From contig MCFH01000017.1 in assembly GCA_002104945.1 (NCBI GenBank), forward strand, positions 310,001 through 374,000: a stretch of 64,000 nt of DNA, read 5' to 3'. The notes under the pieces are model-generated. The model was not told the origin of the DNA and made no database searches. It was given only the letters and a program-made list of their open reading frames with translations. Position numbers and translations under genes: made by a program. This document shows positions 52,935-64,000 of this stretch, piece after piece (the stretch's first letter is position 1; every line of letters begins with the position of its first letter). This DNA is from Piromyces finnis finn. Its lineage: Eukaryota > Fungi > Neocallimastigomycota.

Positions 52935-55511
52935 ATGTTTGCTGCAGATGAAATTGAATCTCCATCTTCAAAAAATAGACCACCACCATGTATAGCATTT
53001 TTAGTGGATACGTCAGTAACACCTCTTTATTTAGATAATCAAAAAGTCTTTGGAACATGTACAGTGGAAACCCTTACTATTACCGATATTCATTCAAACA
53101 TTTACATTAAAGGAAAAATAGAAAAATACACAAATCAGGTAAAACTAGCTATTATAAAAATCTTATTATATTTTCAGTATTATGTGGATAAAAAGTTTCA
53201 ATGGGGATACCAATTTTATACCAGTGATTCTAGAACTTTACTTCTTAGTTCTAATAAAAACAAGTTTTTCAAGTTGAATCAGGATTCAATTAATATGTTT
53301 GTGGAAAATTTTAAGAAACTCCTCTTCAAAAATATACAGGAAAAATATTTAAAATCAAAAAGTAGTAGTAGTAATACATCAACTTCTTCATTCAATTGTT
53401 TAAATAATCTTGTAATTACCTTAAGAGAGTGCTTAGCTAGTTTCAATTGGAATTATTCAAGAGATGTAGGATTTTTATCACCTATAAAAAAAAAGAAAAA
53501 AAGTGTTATCCTACATCATTTTTTATTTTTAATGACTCCCTTACCAGATTCTTATTTTGCTTTAGTTAAATATGTAGAAAATCAAAATGTTTATCATGAC
53601 CTTCTTCAAAAACATAATAGTATTGAAGAGGAGGAAGAGGAAGAAGAAGATCCATCAGCTTTGAAAGAAAAAATGGATCTTTTACTGGATAAATTTCAAA
53701 ATGAATTTATTAAAAAGGCGCTTTGGACTGCTTATCTTCAAAATAAAATTGGTATTAGTTGGATCGATACGAATCCTCGATATGAAGAGGATAAAATCAT
53801 TGATTTGGAGATCTGGTCAAAAATGGTAATTTAATTATTTATATTATTATTTTTAATTTTTTTACATATATATATAGAAAAAATTGAACTATTTTATTCG
53901 ATTCAATGTGAGATGTTGATTTTATATTCACGTTGAATCGAATAGAAAAAAAGGATGAAAATTATATTAACCTTTGGGTATCAAATCTATCTATATTATT
54001 CCTTTTTTTTTTTTTTTTTTATGGATTATATATACTTTATATATTTTTATAAAAATATTAAAATAAAAATACCATCATTTATGATAGCAATATATTGAAG
54101 AAAAATATATCAAAGAGTCAATCGAAACGCTTTTAAGTGTTTATGGTGGAAGTATTATCAATTTATATGACATCTCACAAGAATCATCATTACTTCCATT
54201 TTCTTCTTATATTAGTAATTATAGAACTAAAGCAATTAATATGGCAATTGGTGAATTATTAATTAATCAAGGAAAAGATCGTCGAGAAAAAATGATACTT
54301 GAAAATGAAGAAAAAAAAATGAAAAATATTTTATGGTCAGGAAGTTTAACTCATACTAAGGGTAAAATATTATATGATAAATCAAGCACTAGAATTATAG
54401 AATTAGTAAATTTAATTTTTTAAGGTTAATTGATTTTTTTTTTTTTTTATTTAAAAAAGGGAAAAGTAAAACAAATCTTTGTAAAATAGATATTATACCA
54501 TTGCTAAGGTAATTTATAAGGATAAAATAAATAATCAATGACAATAGTTTAAACGTTTAATAAATACAAAAATTAATAATTTTTTTATAATATATATATT
54601 TATATAATAATAACTATTCATATTATCTTAAAATGTATTATTTCATAATCATTCATTATCACTATTTCCTTTTGGACAATAGGGAACAGAAACAATCTCT
54701 ATTCAAATATATGGATACCTTTAAAAAAAATTCAGAATATGAATTTCTTTCAAAACTTTCAAAGGATATTCCACCTTTTTCATTGAAAAGAAAATCCATC
54801 AATGTTGTAAATTTAATAGATACTAATATTGTTGATTCCGCTTGGTTAGAAGGTCAAGAATATTTTTGTCAATTATCTCATGATTTGGAAGAAATGGAAG
54901 ATCTAATAAGTTCCTTATTTTTTTTCAAAGCAATGAATCTATTAAAATTAGGAATGATTGTGGAGGTTTATTTAAATATACGAATTAAAAATAATTCGGA
55001 TGAAGAGTTTAATAATGATGGTGATCTTTCATTACTTTCTAATGATGATACAGAGGATTATGAAAGTAAAAAATATTATGGAATATTGATACCCCTTACA
55101 GAATGTTTTGGATTTATTAGAATTATCAATAGTCAGGCTGCAGAAACTATTCAATCCTATATAAGATCAATGAAAAAAAGGACAAGTCCTAAACAGGAAA
55201 ATATTTTTAAACATTTATCGGAAGATGTATGTTAACTTTTTATTAATAATAGTAATAATCATAGTATGAAATGAATAAAAAAAAAGCAATAAAGTTTATA
55301 ATATTTATTTTAATCATTCATATATATTAGGATTTATTTGAGCTACTTTCTATTGATTTAATAAATAAATCAACTGAAGATAATGAAATTAATCATCATG
55401 GTATGTAAAATTATATTAATAAAGAGATGATGTCAATATATTTAATTAAACTTTTTTTTAAAAAAATAATTAATATATGTAAATTTTTATAATATAAATC
55501 TAATGAAATTT

Positions 55512-55547
<36 letters not shown>

Positions 55548-58500
55548 CACTATATTTATATTTTGATAAATATTCATAATTATGATTATAAACTATTATA
55601 TTTTGAAACTTTTTTTTTAATTATATATAGAATTTTCAATGAATTATTTAGAACGATGGTATAAATCCATTTTAAATAATTTTAATTCTACCGAAGTGAA
55701 AAAGATTAATCTTACAGAGTTAATGCTTCTTTCTCCAAATTCAGAAAACGTCTTGCCAAAAGAAAAGAAAGACAATTCTAAAAACCATTCTAAAAAATCA
55801 ACAAATAAAAATCAATATCAGTTATTTACGCAGGATGGTATTATTGAACTCTACCGAAAACGAGAAAAGGAAAAAGCTCAACTGGAAAAACAAATGGAAG
55901 AAAATCAAAAGTAAGCATTTTTAAAGATTAAAAAAGAGAAAAAAAGACAGCCGTAGTAATAATAGTTTGATTATAAAAGGATAATTTATTTATTTTTTTA
56001 TTATATAATAATATTGTATTATTGTATATTTTTTGTGATAGTAGTAACGATGAAAATTCTGAACATGGTAATTCTGGTAAAGAGGAACAAGAGGAAAAGA
56101 AAAAGAAAAAAACTGTTAAAGATATTATTAATAATCTAAAATCCTTAATATATAATATTATTTACTATGAAAAGGTAACATCATCCTTTTTAAATAGAGT
56201 TTCAAAAATCTTTTTAATGAAAATTATTAATAATATTTCTTTTATTATATATATATATATATATTTTTTTTTTTTCATAAATATCCTATTTTATTAGAAT
56301 ATGGTTGAAGATTTTGGCCAAACCTTAAATACTATACATAATAAATTATTTAGTGAGGAAGATGCGAATGAAAAAATCAAAACAACAAAAGAAGATGGAG
56401 ATCGTTCTATTGATTCTGTTAGTACAGAAAGTTTAGATTTTGATGAAAAAAATGATGAAAACAGTCGGGAAGAAATGGTAATTAGAATGAAATTTAATTT
56501 CACAAAGTTTTATATTAAAAATAGACTATTATAATTTTTTATATAAAAAAATTAAAATATATTATTTTATTTTTTAAATTGTTATTTTTATTGTTATATT
56601 GTTATAAAATAAAATTAAAAAAAAAAAAAAAAAAAAAGAAAAAATTATATTTGTCAACTTTGGAAACCGCTATTGTCATGACCCCAGAACAAATTGATCA
56701 TAAATATAAAAATTTTGTAAATTATATAAATGCTCTTTCTACCATTTCACATTCGTCTGATTCAAATGAAAATGCTAGTGATAAGTCTGACCATGAATGT
56801 GAAAATAATCCATCACTGCCTAATACCATTAATAAAAACGACTTTTTTGAGGAGGGTATAATTACAGAAGAAGAAGAAGGTCAAATTCAAGCTTGGAAAT
56901 TACATAATGAAAAGGAAATGGACAAAATTGAAGAAAAGGTTACCCGAATGAAAATTGAAGAGTAAGATAGATGGATATATATTTAGATTTTATTTAATAA
57001 TTAATTATTAATTTTTTTTTTTTTTTAATTTGATTATAAAATCCATATATTATCTTTATATTCACTTGTCCTTTTTTTTTTTTTTTTTTAAATGTAAAGA
57101 GCTCAGATTCAAGTAATAGTTTTATTAGAATATTTAAGATTGCATAAAAAAGAAAAAATAAATTTCCCAGATGTTCTTCTTGATGCAGAAAATCATCCAC
57201 CTACCAATTTATATTCAAAAAAGAAAGAATTTAAAAAGCCAAGAAAGAAATCTGACACTACTATCATTAAAAATATATTGGAAACGTTAATGGATAAACT
57301 TTGTATTTGGATGACATTAGATCAATTCCCAGCATTTGATAGTGTTAATACTCTTGATAATGAACTTTCAGATGATAAAATTACAAATTTTGTTAATTGT
57401 ATTTTAAAAGAATTGTAACGATCGATATTATTAATTTTTAATATAATAAAAATATAAATATAGATATATATATATATTATATTTTTTTTTTCTAAATATT
57501 TTATAAAATAATTTATAACTAATTCCCCCTCTTTACTTCTCTTTAAACTCATTAGATTTAATAAAGATTTACCAAAGATTATTAAACATCTCTATACCAA
57601 GGTTTCAGGTGGATTTGAGGAAGAAGATCCTAAATCTAACTTGTTATCTCCAAAATTTAAAGAAAAGATGTTGAAATCTCGGGAAAAGTATAAAATTCAA
57701 AAACCGCAAAAAATACAATCTCTTTCGGAAAAGTTGAGGGAAGAGTCACAATCTCTCACAACAAATAAAATGGCTGGAAAGAATTTCTTTAATCGACTTT
57801 TTAAAGATCGTGAAGTTGTTATTGTGAAAAAAGAAAGTAAACATAAAAAGAAGAATAAAAAGAATTTGGTGGTAAAAGAACCAAAAGAAACAACAACGGT
57901 ACCAAAACAACTCTTACCATTTGATGAAGGTAATTTTTATAATTTTTATTCCTATCTTACCTCTTTTCTTCCCCCTTTTTTTTTACTTTCATCTTTTCAT
58001 CCATTTTTCAATCTATTTTTTTATTTTTTTATTTTTATTTTCTAATTCTATTTTTATTATTTATTAATTCATTAAATTTATAACCTAGATGAAGAAGAAG
58101 AGGTTAAAATGGTATTAAAACCAAGAAAAACATTTAATTCAATGTCTATTTTGTCTAATTTAATGGTAAATAAATGTTGATTATTAATTTAATTATTATA
58201 ACAAAAAAAAATTTTTTTTTTTTTCCATTTTTATTTATATTGATAATAATTATTAAAATTACGTTTTTAAAATTGTATATATATATTTACTTTTCATATT
58301 TTTATGAAAATATTAATAAATTAAAAAAATACATTTTTCTTACCTTCCTCCTTCCCCCCCTTTTTTTTTTGTTAGTTAACCCCAAGAAAAAGACGTAATA
58401 AAAATGAATTATTGAAAAACATTACTAAATCTCCGTATAAAATGTCCAATTGGATTACTAAAAATGATCCTCTCCCATTACAATCTAAAAAACCTAACAC

Positions 58501-60190
58501 CACCTCTGAATTTATTGTATTTGCTCCAAAGACACCATCCAAAAAGAATAAAAAATCACGTAATAATGTTTATTTTGTAAACAATACCAATGGGCAACCC
58601 CTTGATACCACTACCACCACTGATAAAAATAAAAGCGATAGTATGGAATTTAAGGTATGTCAGACTCCAATGGTACCTAAACGTAGTCAATCAATGATAA
58701 TGGAAGAAAGAAAAGGAATTTCCTTAGTTAGAAGTCAATCCTTATTAGAAGAATTAAATAGTATTGCCGCTGCAGATGACAAAGAAAACGGCAATAGTAA
58801 TGCTAATCGTATGACGTCAATTAGTCCACAAGATAAAGATACCAGTATGGATAGTGCTAAATTAGAAATTAAAAATTTATTTAAGGCATCCTTTAGCCAA
58901 AACAATATTCTAAGTAAAAGTTATAGTTTTAACATAGGCACCACCACCTCTACTACCGTTGACAAAAAAGAAAAGGAAAGCAATTTTAGTTTTGATATTA
59001 AAAGTTTATATGATAGCTATTTAACCAACCGTAGTCAAAGTTCAAATGATAGTCCGAATGATCATCGTTTTAATATTTTTAGTCGTAGTTATCACCGCCG
59101 TAACAGTGAAGAAGAAGAAAGTAATCGTAGTGGTGAAAGTATTACTTTTCGTAAATGGCTTCCAAAAGATATTAATGATCCGTCAGATGAATCTAGTCAT
59201 GAAAAAACACCTCCTATCGCCCATGATCAGGGTTCTCGAAAAACAAGTAAAAACGAAGATTCTACTCATTTTAACGGGTTGGATGATTTAGAACAATTAA
59301 AACATCATTATTCTCAACATTCCGCTACAGAAAATCGTCGTATTTCCTTTTCACCTTCTCCTTCGCCAACGCCAATGAGCTATTCAAGAGAAATATCTCG
59401 TTCACCTACATTCAATAAACTTAATCGGAATAGCTCCTTTACCCTTGGTCTTGATTCTCAACCATCCTTTTTAGATTTTACAACGACAACTCAAGAAGGG
59501 GAATCGATTTTTCCATCAGCAACAAATCATGCCATAACAACCACACCAAAAGCAGATCGTAGAACCAGTTTTATTAACTTTAATCCTCGTGCTTTTGATA
59601 TATCTAGTGAAGGTAGTAGTAGTGGTGGTGGTGGTGGTGATGGTCCTAGTCCTACACCTTCTGCACCAACCACGAATCAAACCTTCATTTTCCAGAAACC
59701 TTGGAGTCGTCATCAAACCTTAACCGAATCGCCAACTCAAGCCACGGCAAAAGAAGAAGAAATCATGCGTACCCCTTCCAAACGTAAATTAAAACAGTCT
59801 CTTCCAATGTTTTCTTTTTCATCTCCAGGAATGAAAAGAAAGAATTCTTCCTTTGGGGATAATGATTTTCCTTCTTCCTCAAAAGTTTCACCCTCACCTA
59901 CCTCCTCTACCCATTCAACCCTTTCCAAAATCGGCGATGAAGATCCTTCCCATTACCTTAAGGTGCCTATTCTATCGACACCCAAGAAACGAAGACTTAA
60001 TCTTCTTAAAGTAACAAATACTAAATCTCCAACTATGGATCAAAATTATTTAGCTCCAACGGCTCCTTTTTCTTCTCAAGATTCTATAGATAATACCGGT
60101 CTTGATGTTGTGATGACCACTCCATCTAAAAAATACAATATATTTACGGTTGCTCCTACCCCAACAAAATATACCAGTTTATTTGATTAG
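52935..60190 (+). CDS. TICRR: Treslin/TICRR (Sld3 orthologue) with N-terminal CIT/vWA-like domain; ~11 exons
   Basis: Exon 1 motifs IAFLVDTS, VKLAIIKILLYF, FQWGYQFYTS, FFKLNQDSINMFVENF, TLRECLASFNW, SPIK, HFLFLMTPLPDSYFALVKYV parallel the remembered Treslin N-terminus (MLLLDTA, VRRAALRLLTYL, VHWAFKFFDS, ALMETLLDYQW, SPTK, AVFLLAPCPHS). Sld3-core-like LMDKLCIW and LPKIIKHLY. The last exon (58376-60190) is rich in S/T-P CDK sites. Approximate exon starts: 52935, 54088, 54682, 55332, 55631, 56043, 56298, ~56640, ~57099, 57557, 58088, 58376. Confidence 0.75.
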
Positions 60191-60972
60191 AAATAACAAA
60201 GCAATAATAACAACAATAACATATTCATCCACCAACTCACCAATAATTATAAATCTGCCAATATTGGTAAATTATAAAATTTTATTGTTAACCATTATTT
60301 TTAATGCCATGTTTCATTAAAAAAAAAAAGTTTTTTTTTTTTAAATTATTATTTTCCTTTTTACTTATTTATTTGTAATCTATCACATTCCATTAGTTTT
60401 TTTTTTATATTAAATAATTTTTATTTTTTTTTATATTTATAATATAAATATTTTATTGTATTGTTTTTTTTTTATTTATTTATAATCTTTTAAAAAAAAG
60501 AATACACACACACACACGCATATATATATATACCTTTTTAAAGAATTAATCTTGTATAAGAAAGAAGAAAAAGAAAAAAAAAAAATTAAAACTTTTTTTT
60601 TTACTATTTTTAAAAACTCTTATATTGAAATGAAAAACGAATTTTACATTAAATCCCTAATTAATATTTAAAATACATAAAAATAAATATATAAAAAATA
60701 TATATATATATAAAAATAAAAACCATTAGAAAATAAAAACAAAAAAAGGATTCATTTTTATTATTTCGTGAATTAAATATAATTTATTTATTTATATTCT
60801 TCTCTAATAATGTTTATTTTCATTGTTTTCATTTATCCTTTTTTTTTTTTTTTTTATGATTGAACTATTTGTTATTATTATTATTTTACTTTTTATTTTT
60901 TCATTTTTTTTTAAAAGTTAATAAAAATATATAAATATGTGTTGAGTTTTTATTATTTTGTTTGTTTTTCTT

Positions 60973-61003
<31 letters not shown>

Positions 61004-61009
<6 letters not shown>

Positions 61010-61351
61010 ACAAGTAATATTAAAGATTTTATATTTTTCTTCTGAAGGTACAATATTAATAACAAAACGACCATCATACGATAAAGAACCAAAAATCCAT
61101 GGATCTGAATTACTCCAGGTAATGGCATAAACACTATCTTCATGTTGATCATAGGTAGAAACAATACCATCTACTGGATGACTATTATTATTAAAATTTA
61201 AATATGAATAAATAAATAAAAAAAAAAGTGTATGTATGCAAGAATAAAAATAATTTGTAATGAAAAAAAAAAAAAAAAAGTATTTTTGTTTAGGATAAAT
61301 CATTTTTATTAATTAATTAATAATAATATTGCTTTTATTTATATTTAATAC

Positions 61352-61387
<36 letters not shown>

Positions 61388-63951
61388 ACCTTGATCCTGT
61401 ACCAGTATAGAATAATTCTTGTTCATATTTATTATATGTTATAGAATCATCCATGGAAGTTTTATCATCGAAATCAGATTTTTCATCGGTAATAATAATA
61501 GATTTTTCTTCCAAGAATTTTGCAGAGGATGAAACAGAAACAGCACTTTGTAAATTAACTTGACAATCTGAACTAGAAGTAATCAAGAGTTGATCATGGT
61601 AATGATTAAATTTAACATTCCATACCCTAAAAATTATATATTATTTGGTTAGAGTAGTAGAAAAAATATAAAATTAATAGAAATATAATGTAATATACAT
61701 ATGGGTATGTATGTGTGTATGTGTATAGAGAAAAGTAAGTTTTTTTTTTTTTTTTTAGTAAATGATAATAAATAATAAATAAAAATTTAAATTACCAATG
61801 CGAATGATCTGAAATAATCTTTAATGGCTCTTTTGGTAATCGAATATCCCATAATTTTACATTACAATCATTACCAGCAGTAGCAATAAAATAGGGTTTA
61901 TTAGGATTATAATCTATATCATTAATTAACATTTCATGAGCATTTTCAATTTTCATACCAACCCTACATATTGTTAGAGATAAATACAAATAATATATTA
62001 TATATTAATGATAATAATGCTAATAATAATGATGATGATAATGATGATGATTTATATATATAAAGATGTATATACATCATCATCTTATCATCACCAATAT
62101 AATTTTATTATTATTATTTTTTAAATGTAACTTACCCATCTTTACGACAATCCCATGTAAAAACATTTTCATTATTTGTAGTAACAAATATATCATTAGA
62201 ATGAGGACTCCATACACCTGCCGTTAATTGTATTTTATCATTATATTGATTTGATGGAATTGTATATTGACGTATTGACTATTTTTTTTTATTTATTTAA
62301 AACATATTTAAAATAGTAGAATATATAAGTATATATATATATATATATATATTTAGAGAGAGTATGTGTATAAGTAAAAAATAAGATATGGTTAAATCAT
62401 ATAATTATTTCATTTTATGATTTTAATAATTTGAAATGATTGAAAATTATAATATATAGATAAAAAATATCAAATTTTTTTATTTATTTATCTGAGTGAG
62501 CATACCTCTGATGTATTAGTTATATTATTAATATCCCATACACTTATGGTATTATCTTCTAGAGTTGCTAATTTTGTTGCTGATTCGGTTGGTTCACATA
62601 TAATTCTTTTTATTTATTTGTTTATTATTATATATTGTAATATTTTTGTTTTTATACCATAAATTTTTAAATATGAAATTAGGATTTCATTTTTTTTTTT
62701 AGTTTTTAATGAAAAATAAAAAAAAAAAAAGAAAGAAATTATTATTTATTAGGACAATACTGTTATTGAAAGTAAATAAATAAATATATATATATATTAA
62801 AATACTTTTTACTTTTTTATTTTATAATTTGAATTAAAAGTAGCCATATTATCTAATTTATATTCTGTTACAGTATTTTCAGTAACATCTACTGTATTCA
62901 TTTTCCATAAACTTGTTTCCATAGTTTGGGAATTGGGTATCTTATAAGCTGGTTTATTTTTATTTTTATTTTGTTATTGTTATTGTTGTATTTTTCATGT
63001 ATTTATTTTAAAATTTTTTTTATATTTAAACATTTTGGATTGGATTTTCAAATTTCGAATTTTGAAATTCAAATGAAATTTCATTTTTATGTATTCAATA
63101 ATTAAAAAAAAAAAAAATTTTATATTAGCATTGTTCCAATTTCATAATAAAAATTACATTTTATTCTTTTCTTTCTTTCTTTTTTTTTTTTTTTAATATT
63201 GTCTTTTTTATTATTATTAAATTATTATTTATTAAATTGTATTTATATATATATATTTTTTTTTGCTTATTTATTTTAATGTTCGTGTTAATTTTTGTTT
63301 AAATAAAAGTGTATTAATATATAAATAATATTTCATATTTTTTATTTTTCATTGATATAATAAATAGTTGAAATTACTTGTAAATATCATATCACTTAAA
63401 TAAGGATGAGCTGTTATTGACCATACTTCACCGGGGTGTTTAAATATTATACTGGAAATATCACATTCATCTTCGTTAAATTCTAGTAAATGAATCTTTT
63501 ATTCATTTTTGATATTATTGAAAATAATAGAAAATTTTTTATTTGTTTGTTTGAATTTTAAATAAATATATAAAAATTTAAATGTTAATTCTAGGTTCAA
63601 TTAATTGAAACTAAATATTTTTTTATTATTTATATATATATATATGTATTTTTATTTTGAAAAGTAAATATATTTATCAATAGTTTCATAATTGTAATTA
63701 CTTCATTATCATTTCTTGGATCCTGAGTACCTATTATAAAACGATTTTTTTCTTGTTCTGCTTCCTGTGATACCATACATCTTGTCTATAATATACATTG
63801 ACCCATTTATATAATTGTAAAGTTAATGAATTTGTTTACTTTTTTTTTAATATAAAAGTAATATTCTATTTAAAAAGAAATTAAAAAAAACTAGTGTTAT
63901 TGCTATTATTACTTTATGATTTATTCCATAAACACAAGACATTTCCTCCAT
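61004..63951 (-). CDS. EIPR1: WD40 protein EIPR1/TSSC1 (EARP/GARP-interacting); multi-exon
   Basis: Exon 1 63951-63913 ([13 protein letters not shown]), exon 2 63785-63702 ([28 protein letters not shown]), then IHLLEF...[45 protein letters not shown]...DHSHW, and [33 protein letters not shown], matching the TSSC1/EIPR1 pattern. Internal exon boundaries not all resolved. Confidence 0.87.
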
Positions 63952-64000
63952 TTTCGTTTCGTTTCGTTTCGTTTTTCTTTCTTTTTATTAAATAGTTTAA

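Overview
Extremely AT-rich eukaryotic genomic DNA with long A/T homopolymers, (AAT)n microsatellites and GT-AG introns. The content best fits an anaerobic gut fungus (Neocallimastigomycota); this is an inference from base composition, an XynB-like SKTLP repeat linker, a Clostridia-like intronless enzyme and a cilium-type gene. From left to right the window holds: (1) a secreted mucin-like protein with about 50 SKTLPVS repeats and an unrecognised six-Cys C-terminal module; (2) a full-length, intact non-LTR retrotransposon (5752-11453) with a 13-bp TSD, a poly(A) tail and one ORF (RRM-like, APE, RT, CCHC), whose 5' end is two 124-bp monomers each folding into three hairpins, inserted into the matching 3' region of an older relative and followed by further relics; (3) a CBM48/AMPK-CBM protein with an unassigned C-terminus; (4) a 4-exon JHY-like gene; (5) a 1.2-kb (ACTATT)n satellite; (6) an Nrg1-like C2H2 transcription factor; (7) a bacterial-type M18 aminopeptidase with an upstream spliced exon encoding an organellar presequence-like extension; (8) a CC1-box coiled-coil motor-adaptor-like gene; (9) RPB11; (10) a Treslin/TICRR-like Sld3 orthologue retaining the N-terminal CIT/vWA domain; (11) EIPR1/TSSC1. 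Exon models were read by eye, and family assignments rest on remembered motifs, not database searches. The strongest candidates for undescribed biology are the structured 5' monomers and self-targeting of the LINE, the presequence-bearing M18 peptidase and the SKTLPVS protein.
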